Shown: positions 11,137 to 18,837 of the stretch, in pieces
Position numbering within the stretch: the stretch's first letter is position 1
Layout: each line of letters begins with the position of its first letter
From: an uncultured Chloroflexia bacterium
GTDB taxonomy: Bacteria; Chloroflexota; Limnocylindria; Limnocylindrales; CSP1-4
DNA length: 64,000 bases
Reading direction: 5' to 3'
Assembly: GCA_963728745.1 (NCBI GenBank)
Contig: CAVSKY010000001.1
Span: 329,972 to 393,971 of the forward strand
Position numbers and translations under genes: made by a program
Notes under the pieces: generated by a model
The model's input: only the letters and a program-made list of their open reading frames with translations
Told to the model about the DNA's origin: nothing
The model's database searches: none

Positions 11137-11876
11137 TGGAGACAGTCGCCGGCGTCGACGCGCTTCGACCCGAGCATGGTCCGATCTTCGCTGTCGTCGG
11201 CGTGTTCGACGGGTTGCATCGCGGACATGTCTACCTGCTCGATCACCTGGTCCGGGAGGCGCTTGCGCGCGGGGCCCGGCCGTGCGTCATCACGTTCGAC
11301 CATCACCCGGACGAGGTCTTGACCGGATCTGCGCCGCCGCTGCTGCTCCATCCGGACGAACGGCTGGACCGGCTCGCGGCTGCCGGCGTCGACATCACGG
11401 TGGTGCAGCACTTCGACGAGGCCGTGCGGCGGACGACCTATGACGACTTCATCGCAACGATCCGGCGGGGTACGGAGCTCGCCGGTCTGCTGATGACGCC
11501 GGACGCCGCGTTCGGCTTCGAGCGGCGCGGCACGGCGCAAGCGGTCGGGGCGCTGGGGCGAGCGGAGGGCTTCGACGTCGTGGTCATCGAGCCTTTCAGC
11601 CTGGACGGCGCGCCGGTGAGCAGCTCCGAGATCCGCAAGGCGATCGGACGTGGCGATCTGGCGATGGCGCAGCGCCTGTTGGGTCGGCCGGTCGGGCTCC
11701 AGGGCGAGCTCCGGGGCGGCGCGGTGGTCTTCGACTGGCCGATGGCCATGCCACCCGATGGCGACTACCGAGGCCGGGTGGATGGACGACCAGCTGAGGT
11801 CACCGTCCGGGATGGTACGGTCCGACCGGACCAGCCGATGGAGTATGGACCCGTTCGCCTGGAGTTCTTGGCATGA
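11133..11876 (+). CDS. ribF: FAD synthetase (FMN adenylyltransferase) RibF-like, with truncated/degenerate riboflavin-kinase domain
   Basis: N-terminal FADS domain (VGVFDGLHRGHVYLL, SSSEIRKAIGRGD). C-terminal part is about 65 aa instead of about 125 and lacks GxPTAN-type kinase motifs. Confidence 0.8.
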   Translation: MMETVAGVDALRPEHGPIFAVVGVFDGLHRGHVYLLDHLVREALARGARPCVITFDHHPDEVLTGSAPPLLLHPDERLDRLAAAGVDITVVQHFDEAVRRTTYDDFIATIRRGTELAGLLMTPDAAFGFERRGTAQAVGALGRAEGFDVVVIEPFSLDGAPVSSSEIRKAIGRGDLAMAQRLLGRPVGLQGELRGGAVVFDWPMAMPPDGDYRGRVDGRPAEVTVRDGTVRPDQPMEYGPVRLEFLA

Positions 11877-12388
11877 CGGATCGACCCGTGCACCTGGCAC
11901 AGCTCAATGTCGGTCGCCTGCTGGCGCCGCTGGAGTCCGAGACGCTGGCCGGCTTCGTGGCCGCCCTCGAGCCGATCAACGCGCTCGCCGATGGGCATCC
12001 AGGCTTCGTGTGGCGGTTGCAGACCGATGCCGGCGATGCGACGTCGATCAGGCCGACCGACGACAACCTGTTCCTGGTCAACATGAGCGTGTGGTCGTCA
12101 CTCGAGGCGCTGCGGGCCTTCGTGTACACCACCGCCCACGTGCAGATCCTGCGGCAGCGACGCGCGTGGTTCGAGCAGCTGGCGACATCGCACATGGTCC
12201 TGTGGTGGGTGCCGGCGGGCCACATCCCGACGGTCGAGGAAGCGCTCGCGCGGTTGGAGCGGTTGCGACGGGACGGCCCGACGCCTGCCGCGTTCACGTT
12301 CCGGTCGCCGTTCGAGCCTGCGGCGATCGACCCGGGCGCGCCGCTAGTCGATGCCGAGTTCTGCTACCCGGCCCTCGCCGCGTCGTGA
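11873..12388 (+). CDS. DUF3291 domain protein
   Basis: 171-aa ORF, ATGA-coupled to ribF. Similarity call from sequence memory (DUF3291-like). Confidence 0.55.
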   Translation: MTDRPVHLAQLNVGRLLAPLESETLAGFVAALEPINALADGHPGFVWRLQTDAGDATSIRPTDDNLFLVNMSVWSSLEALRAFVYTTAHVQILRQRRAWFEQLATSHMVLWWVPAGHIPTVEEALARLERLRRDGPTPAAFTFRSPFEPAAIDPGAPLVDAEFCYPALAAS

Positions 12389-12401
12389 CCGCGGTTCGCA
12401 G

Positions 12402-12965
12402 CTAGAGGCCGGGCTGCCACAGCGGTTCGGCGACGCCTCGCTCGTGGTTTTCGAAACGCGCCATGACGAACAGTGCGTCTGACAAACGGTTCAGGTAGGG
12501 GAGGACCAGCTCACCGATCGGCTCCGCGTGCGACAGCGTGATCGTCTCGCGCTCTGCCCGGCGGCAGATCGTCCGCGCCAGGTGAAGTTGTGCAGCACCG
12601 GGCGCGCCACCTGGCAACAGGAAGTTCGTCAGCGGCCCGACGACCTCATTGAGCTCATCGATCAGCGTCTCGAGCTTCTCGACGTGATGCGGCTGCACGG
12701 TCGGGATACGTTCGCGCCGGTCGTCGTCACTGGGCCAACACAGATCCGAACCGAGGTCGAACAACTCGTTCTGGATCGTGGCGAGCTCGCTCGTGAGCCG
12801 CTCGCTCAGCCCCAGCGCCAGCGCGACCCCGATGGCCGAGTTCAGCTCGTCGACGGTGCCGTAGGCACGTACCCGGGCGGAGTCTTTGGGAACGCGCCGA
12901 CCGCCACCGAGCCCGGTCATCCCTTCGTCGCCGGTCTTGGTGTAGATCTTGGTCAGCCGCGGCAT
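12402..12965 (-). CDS. ATP:cob(I)alamin adenosyltransferase, PduO-type
   Basis: N-terminal [24 protein letters not shown]... is the hallmark of PduO/MMAB-type adenosyltransferases. Confidence 0.85.
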   Translation of the reverse strand: MPRLTKIYTKTGDEGMTGLGGGRRVPKDSARVRAYGTVDELNSAIGVALALGLSERLTSELATIQNELFDLGSDLCWPSDDDRRERIPTVQPHHVEKLETLIDELNEVVGPLTNFLLPGGAPGAAQLHLARTICRRAERETITLSHAEPIGELVLPYLNRLSDALFVMARFENHERGVAEPLWQPGL

Positions 12966-13440
12966 GAACGGAGCATAGCCGCGGTGGCGCTTCTCGCTTA
13001 GTCCTGATGCGACTCGCCCACCCCTGCGGGGCGCGTTTCACGCAGATTCGCTTCGCGTTGAGTCTCCCCGAGACTGAGTAACAAGGGGAGAGGGCGAATC
13101 AGCACAGGTGTAGTCGCCATAGGACTGGGGGTGAAGTTCGCTAGTCCCTCGGCCCGCATCGGCGTCATTCCCTTGCGGCTCATCGATGAGGTGACTTCGG
13201 AATCCTCCGCACCGCCGAGATCGGGCCATTTGCTTGGGGCTCATCCCCCGGCGGGTAGGACGCAAGCGGATCACGACACCCGAGCCCGCCCTAGTCGTCT
13301 CACCGATCGTTCGCAAGGCGATCGGGCCCGGAGCGCCAAGCGGAGGATGGAGCCGATGCAGCCGGCGCGGACCGATGGCGCGTTCGGGGTCGCTCTGCTA
13401 CCATCCGCCGGTCATACAGGAAGGTAGAAGCAAACAGATC

Positions 13441-13725
13441 GTGTCGGAGGAACGAGTGCCGCTCGCGCGGGAACACAAGCAGGAGACCATCACCGGATAC
13501 GCCACCAAAGATGGTGACACCGGGTCGCCGGAGGTCCAGGTCGCGCTCTTGACCGAGCGGATCAAGGACCTGACGGACCATCTCCGACGCTTTCCCAAGG
13601 ACAACCATTCGCGTCGCGGCCTCCTCAAGCTCGTCGGCCAGCGCCGCCGCCTTCTCGCGTACTTGATGAAGAAGGACAGCGCGCGCTACCGGACCGTCAT
13701 CGGACGGCTCGGACTCCGCCGCTAG
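13441..13725 (+). CDS. rpsO: 30S ribosomal protein S15
   Basis: ...[68 protein letters not shown]. Start GTG 13441 (alternative GTG 13456). Confidence 0.9.
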   Translation: MSEERVPLAREHKQETITGYATKDGDTGSPEVQVALLTERIKDLTDHLRRFPKDNHSRRGLLKLVGQRRRLLAYLMKKDSARYRTVIGRLGLRR

Positions 13726-13797
13726 GCGTCGCAACCCTGGACCTCGAGCAGACCGCTCGGGGTCCTCGCACACACGCCGCCAGCAGCGAGGCAGGCT

Positions 13798-13813
13798 GAC
13801 CCGCCCGCGGGTC
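13798..13813 (+). promoter_or_regulatory. GC-rich perfect hairpin (GACCCGC..GCGGGTC) in the rpsO-pnp intergenic region. Candidate rpsO terminator or pnp leader processing site.
   Basis: Inverted repeat seen directly in sequence 36-50 nt upstream of the pnp start. By analogy with the E. coli pnp leader hairpin cleaved by RNase III. Confidence 0.35.
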
Positions 13814-13848
13814 GTCTTCTCCTCCACGACCAAGGAGGATCGTTTCCC

Positions 13849-16437
13849 TTGTCTCAGACGTTCGAGACACAGCTTGGTGGTCGCACGCTGACCATCGAAA
13901 CCGGCAAGCTTGCACGGCTCGCCGGCGGTTCCGTCACCGTCCGCTACGGCGACACCATGGTGCTTGGCACCGCCAACCGCTCCGAGCCCCGCCCCGGGCT
14001 CGACTTCTTCCCGCTCACGGTCGATTTCGAAGAGCGCATGTACGCCGCGGGCAAGATCCCGGGCGGCTTCATCAAGCGGGAGGCGCGTCCGTCGGAGAAC
14101 GCGATCCTCGCCGCCCGACAGACGGACCGGCCGATCCGCCCGCTTTTCCCCGAGGGCTACAAGGACGACGTCCAGCTGGTCATCACGGTCCTCTCGACCG
14201 ACCAGGAGAATCTCCCCGACGTCATCGGCACGATCGCCGCGTCGACGGCCCTGACCATCAGCGAGATCCCGTTCAACGGCCCGGTCGCTTCGGTGCGCGT
14301 CGGTCGGATCGGCGGCGAATTCGTCGTCAACCCGACGTTCAGCCAGCTCGCCGAGTCGGAGCTCGATCTGATCGTCGCCGGCACGCGCGACGCCATCATG
14401 ATGGTCGAAGCGGGCGCCAAGCTCCTGCCCGAGGACGTGATGGCCGAGGCCATCCTGTTCGGCCACCGGTCGCTGCAACCCATCGTCGACCTTCAGGAGG
14501 AGATCCAGAAGGCCTTCGGCAAGGCGAAGCGCATCCCGTACCTCGAGCCGACCACGGGTTCCGTGCTGGAGTTCGCCAGCGCGACGGACGAGAAGCGCGA
14601 GCTGGTCGTCCTCGACGTCGAGACGACGGGCACCGATCCCAAGATGTCCGACCTCCTCGAGGTCGCTGCGGTCAAGGTCAAGGGCACCGAGATCGTCGAT
14701 CGCTGGTCGACGTTCGTGAATCCCGGCCGGCCGATCGTCGGCAACCAGATGCACGGCATCACCGACAAAGACGTGCAAGGGGCACCGACCGCGCGCGAAG
14801 CCGCTGATCAGCTGCTCGCGTTCGTGGGCGACGCCAAGATCGTGGGTCACAACGTCGGCTTCGACCTGGCCTTCATCGAAGATGCCAAGGGCGACGGGTT
14901 CAGATTCGAGCCCGGCACGTACCTCGATACGCTGGTCATCGCCCGCGAAGGCTATCCGGGCGCCGAGTCATACAAGCTCGGCGACCTTGCGCGCTTCTTC
15001 GGTGTCGAGCTCAGCCAGGGCCATCGGGCGCTGCCTGACGCCGAGGCCACCGCCAACCTCCTGATCTGGTTCGCCAACGACCTGCCGGGTCGCATCTCGA
15101 CCCTGCGCACGGCGATCGCCGACGGGGTCCGCGCCCAGCGCAACGGTGGCGACACCGCCAGCCTGCTCGAGGCCGCTCGCCGCGACGCGCGGGTGAGCAA
15201 GAACCTGTTCAGCCTCGTCCAGAAGAAGACCGTCCGCCAGCTCGTCCTCGACGAGGGCATCCGCATCGACGGCCGCGGCCTGACGGACATCCGTCCGATC
15301 AGCGTCGAGGTCGGTCTCGTGCCGCGGGCCCATGGTTCCGGTTTGTTCACGCGCGGTGACACCCAGGCCCTGACGGTCGCCACGCTCGGATCGTCCTCGG
15401 ACGTCCAGCGGATCGACACGATCAGCCCGGAGACCGAGAAGCGCTATCTCCACCACTACAACTTCCCGCCGTACAGCACCGGCGAGAACAAGCCGATGCG
15501 TGGACCCAGCCGTCGCGACATCGGTCATGGCCATCTCGCGGAGCGGGCCCTCGTCCCGGTCCTCCCGGACCATGACGAGTTCCCGTACGTCATCCGGCTC
15601 GTGAGCGAGTGCGTGACGTCGAATGGTTCGACCTCGATGGCGTCGACCTGCGGATCGACCCTCGCCCTGATGGACGCCGGCGTGCCGATCAAGGCGCCGG
15701 TCGCCGGCGCCGCGATGGGTCTCATCAGCGAGCCCGACGGCCGCTTCGTCGTCCTCACCGACATCCTGGGCAAGGAGGACTCGATCGGGGACATGGACTT
15801 CAAGGTGACCGGGACGCGGGACGGCGTGACGGCCCTCCAGATGGACATCAAGGTCCAGGGCATCAGCGAGGCGATCATCCGCGATGGACTCAAGCAGGCC
15901 CTCGCGGCTCGGCTCGAGATCCTCGACAAGATGACCGCGGTGCTGCCCGAGGCCCGCGTGGAGATGAGCGACTTCGCGCCGCGCATCATCACGATCAAGA
16001 TCAACCCCGAGAAGATCCGCGACATCATCGGCAAGGGCGGATCGATGATCCGCAAGATCCAGGAAGAGACCCAGACCGAGATCAACGTCGAGGACGACGG
16101 CACCGTGGAGATCGCGGCCGTCTCGGGCGAGAACTCGCGCAAGGCGATCCAATGGATCGAGTCGCTGACTCGCGAGGTCGAGATCGGCGCGCTCTATCTC
16201 GGCAAGGTCACCCGCATCATGGGCTTCGGCGCATTCGTCGAGATCCTGCCCGGCAAGGAGGGCCTCGTCCGGATCGGCGAGCTCGCCGACTACCACGTGC
16301 CCACTGTCGAGGACGTTGTGTCCGTCGGCGATGAGGTGATGGTCGTCGTGACCGAGATCGACCGCCAGGGCCGTGTGAACCTATCGCGCAAGGCCGCGAT
16401 GCAGCGCCACCTGGCCAAGGAGCCGGTCGGGAGCTGA
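13849..16437 (+). CDS. pnp: Polyribonucleotide nucleotidyltransferase (PNPase) with an inserted DnaQ-like DEDDh 3'-5' exonuclease domain (aa ~250-412)
   Basis: RNase PH domain 1, then LVVLDVETTG (Exo I), IVGHNVGFDLAF (Exo II), GHRALPDAEA (Exo III), then RNase PH domain 2, KH (IGKGGSMIRKIQE), S1. TTG start with AAGGAGG RBS. 862 aa versus about 700-740 typical. Confidence 0.9.
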   Translation: MSQTFETQLGGRTLTIETGKLARLAGGSVTVRYGDTMVLGTANRSEPRPGLDFFPLTVDFEERMYAAGKIPGGFIKREARPSENAILAARQTDRPIRPLFPEGYKDDVQLVITVLSTDQENLPDVIGTIAASTALTISEIPFNGPVASVRVGRIGGEFVVNPTFSQLAESELDLIVAGTRDAIMMVEAGAKLLPEDVMAEAILFGHRSLQPIVDLQEEIQKAFGKAKRIPYLEPTTGSVLEFASATDEKRELVVLDVETTGTDPKMSDLLEVAAVKVKGTEIVDRWSTFVNPGRPIVGNQMHGITDKDVQGAPTAREAADQLLAFVGDAKIVGHNVGFDLAFIEDAKGDGFRFEPGTYLDTLVIAREGYPGAESYKLGDLARFFGVELSQGHRALPDAEATANLLIWFANDLPGRISTLRTAIADGVRAQRNGGDTASLLEAARRDARVSKNLFSLVQKKTVRQLVLDEGIRIDGRGLTDIRPISVEVGLVPRAHGSGLFTRGDTQALTVATLGSSSDVQRIDTISPETEKRYLHHYNFPPYSTGENKPMRGPSRRDIGHGHLAERALVPVLPDHDEFPYVIRLVSECVTSNGSTSMASTCGSTLALMDAGVPIKAPVAGAAMGLISEPDGRFVVLTDILGKEDSIGDMDFKVTGTRDGVTALQMDIKVQGISEAIIRDGLKQALAARLEILDKMTAVLPEARVEMSDFAPRIITIKINPEKIRDIIGKGGSMIRKIQEETQTEINVEDDGTVEIAAVSGENSRKAIQWIESLTREVEIGALYLGKVTRIMGFGAFVEILPGKEGLVRIGELADYHVPTVEDVVSVGDEVMVVVTEIDRQGRVNLSRKAAMQRHLAKEPVGS

Positions 16438-16744
16438 CGTTCCCTGCCACCAGACGTTCCGGTCGACCGGTCGGCGCCTTCGGGCCCGGCCGGTCGTCCG
16501 ATTCTGGTCCCGCAGCGCGATATGTGCTCGAATTCCGATGGGGTCGGAAGATCCGCGGCTAGGGCGCCGTAACGGACCCATCCCGCCCCCTTCGGCGCCG
16601 TCCCCCCGCACGGAAGATGCGGCGGTCAGGTCGTTGTGACCCTCGTAGCCCCGATTCTTCCAGTGGGAGCGGAAATGGAGTCAATACGGCCTCGCGGCTT
16701 GAAGCGACCCGGCTGGCCGACGGCGGATCGTGTGTACGCCCGGC

Positions 16745-16918
16745 CGCTCGTGGAACGCCCCATGTTCCGAGCGACCGGCGAGGGACTGTTGCACGGGCGA
16801 GCGGAGGTCGATCAAGGACGTTCCTCGACCGATCGGCACGCCGGACGTGCCGAACGACGGCCGAGTGCCCGAGCGCATTCGCTCAGCCGCCGCTCGGAAC
16901 GCCCCACGTTCCAGCGGC
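16745..16918. repeat. Cluster A of GGAAC-N7-GTTCC hairpin palindromes (two full copies at 16745-16774 and 16888-16918, one half-site at 16816-16824)
   Basis: gctcgTGGAACgccccatGTTCCgagcg and gctcgGAACgccccacGTTCCagcgg, near-identical 30-nt elements each forming an 11-12 bp stem. Confidence 0.6.
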
Positions 16919-17024
16919 ATGGCAATGCGCGATCCGGCGGGTGACCCAGCGCAGCGGTCGGTGTCGATGATGCCCGCTGCTATACTCCCGCCGTGCCCGA
17001 CGTGATCAAGACCACAGCGGAGCC

Positions 17025-18098
17025 ATGCCCTCGGTGACCACCAAGCCCCTCACGGTCGCGGTCGTCGGCGCGACCGGCGTCGTCGGCGGCACCATGATCC
17101 GGATCCTGCTCGAGCGGGAGTTCCCGTTCGGCGAGTTACGGCTGCTCGCGAGCGCCCGGAGCGCCGGCCGCGAACTCGACGTGCAGGGCACCAGATACCC
17201 AGTCAACGAGGCCACGCCCGAGGCATTCGACGGTGTCGACATCGCCCTCTTCTCCGCAGGCGGCGACACCTCCAAGGCCCTCGCCCCGGAAGCCGCCAAG
17301 CGCGGCGCCACGGTCATCGACAACTCCAGCGCCTGGCGCATGGATCCCGCCGTGCCGCTCGTCGTGAGCCAGGTCAACCCGGATGACCTCGAGTGGCACG
17401 AGGGCATCGTCGCGAACCCGAACTGCTCGACCATGCAGCTCGTTCCTGTATTGATGGCACTGCGCGACTCGGTCGGCCTTGCGCGCGTCGTGGTCGACAC
17501 CTACCAGGCCGTCTCCGGGACCGGCGCCAAGGCGATCACGGAGCTCCAGCGCCAGGTCGAGGCGTATGTCGCCGACGAGCCTCTCGAGAAGACCGTGTAC
17601 CCGCACCAGATCGCGTTCAACGCCCTTCCGCAGGTCGATGTCTTCCTCGACAACGGCTACACCAAGGAGGAATGGAAGCTCGTCACGGAGAGCCGGAAGA
17701 TCCTTCACCTCCCGGACTTGCGCATCTCCAGCACGGCCGTTCGTATCCCGGTCTTCGTGGCCCATTCCGAGGCGGTCCATGTTGAGACGACCGACCCGAT
17801 CACCCCGGATCGCGCCCGGACGCTGTTCGCGGCCGTCCCCGGCGTCGTCGTCCGCGACGACCCATCGACCTCGACCTATCCCCTCGCGACCGACGCTGCC
17901 GGGTCGGATGAGGTCTACGTCGGGCGGGTCCGTCAGGACCCGTCGATCGACGGCGGTCGTGGCCTCGCGTTCTGGGTGGTCAGCGACAACCTCCGTAAGG
18001 GAGCCGCCACCAACGCGGTCCAGCTGGCTGAGCTACTGGTCGAGCGCGGGTGGGTCAGGGCCGCCGCGACACGGGACGCGGCCGGATCCCCGGCGTGA
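17025..18098 (+). CDS. asd: Aspartate-semialdehyde dehydrogenase
   Basis: VAVVGATGVVGGTMIRIL..., NPNCSTMQLVPVLMAL active-site Cys region. Confidence 0.9.
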   Translation: MPSVTTKPLTVAVVGATGVVGGTMIRILLEREFPFGELRLLASARSAGRELDVQGTRYPVNEATPEAFDGVDIALFSAGGDTSKALAPEAAKRGATVIDNSSAWRMDPAVPLVVSQVNPDDLEWHEGIVANPNCSTMQLVPVLMALRDSVGLARVVVDTYQAVSGTGAKAITELQRQVEAYVADEPLEKTVYPHQIAFNALPQVDVFLDNGYTKEEWKLVTESRKILHLPDLRISSTAVRIPVFVAHSEAVHVETTDPITPDRARTLFAAVPGVVVRDDPSTSTYPLATDAAGSDEVYVGRVRQDPSIDGGRGLAFWVVSDNLRKGAATNAVQLAELLVERGWVRAAATRDAAGSPA

Positions 18099-18817
18099 CC
18101 GATGCCGAGCGCCGTGCGGCGCTCGAGGCGATCGCGGCCGAGGTCCGCGGCTGCACCCGCTGCCGCCTGCATGCCACGAGGACACGTGCCGTCCCGGGAG
18201 AGGGCGATCCATCCACCGAGGTGGTGTTCGTCGGCGAGGGACCGGGCCAGAACGAGGACCGTGAGGGTCGGCCGTTCGTGGGCCGCGCCGGCGGCCTGCT
18301 GGTGAACCTGCTCGGCTACATCGGCTGGACCCGCGACGACGTCTTCATCACCAATATCGTCAAGTGCCGGCCGCCCGGCAACCGTGATCCGGAGCCCGAC
18401 GAGGTGGCGGCGTGCGCGCCGTACCTGCAGCGGCAGCTCGCGGTCCTGGACCCGGCCGTCGTGGTGACGCTCGGACGCCACTCGATGGGCCGGTTCATGC
18501 CCGGTGCCAGGATCTCGCAGGCCCACGGGACGGTTCGACCCGCCGACCCGGCCACCGGCGCGACCGATGCGACCGTGTTCGCGATGTACCATCCGGCCGC
18601 CGCGCTCCGGACGCCCGCGATCGAGCGCGAGAGCTACGAGGACGTGGCGAGGATCCCGGCGGTCCTCATCGAAGCGCGCGAGCGGCGCGGGGCGAACCGC
18701 CGAGCCGCGCGTGAGGCCGCGGTCGCCGCACTGGACGAAGAAGCTCCAGCCAAGACCCTGGCCGCGATCGGCGCCGCCGAGTCCGAGCCCGACACCGACC
18801 AGCTCACCATCTTCTGA
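18095..18817 (+). CDS. Uracil-DNA glycosylase, family 4 (UdgA-like, Fe-S)
   Basis: CTRCRLHATRTRAVPGEGDP...VVFVGEGPGQNEDREGRPFVGRAG...NIVKCRPPGNRDP, family-4 UDG motifs. GTG 18095 overlaps the asd stop. Confidence 0.85.
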   Translation: MTDAERRAALEAIAAEVRGCTRCRLHATRTRAVPGEGDPSTEVVFVGEGPGQNEDREGRPFVGRAGGLLVNLLGYIGWTRDDVFITNIVKCRPPGNRDPEPDEVAACAPYLQRQLAVLDPAVVVTLGRHSMGRFMPGARISQAHGTVRPADPATGATDATVFAMYHPAAALRTPAIERESYEDVARIPAVLIEARERRGANRRAAREAAVAALDEEAPAKTLAAIGAAESEPDTDQLTIF

Positions 18818-18837
18818 TCAACGCACACAGGAACCAC

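Noticed and set aside
12966-13200. Cobalamin riboswitch upstream (minus strand) of the PduO-type cob(I)alamin adenosyltransferase
   Set aside because: Reverse-complement inspection found no B12-box (AGYCMGgAgaCCkGCC) or GCCACTG element, only a weak GCCACCG. This is insufficient.
13131-13427. 98-aa ORF in the rpsO upstream region as a protein-coding gene
   Set aside because: Third-codon positions are A/T-rich relative to the about 90% GC3 of the real genes. The product is low-complexity and there is no RBS.
13000-13440. RNase P RNA or tmRNA hidden in the long rpsO upstream region
   Set aside because: No GGAAAGUCCGG / ACAGAA RNase P motifs, no tmRNA tag reading frame and no tRNA-like 3' end (GGUUCGAnUCC...CCA) on either strand.
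16745-16918. GGAAC ... GTT read as ECF sigma factor (SigE/SigH/SigR-type) promoters
   Set aside because: Such promoters need GGAAC-N16-18-cGTT. Here GGAAC and GTTCC are only 7-8 nt apart and form perfect inverted repeats, so the palindromic hairpin/operator reading fits better.
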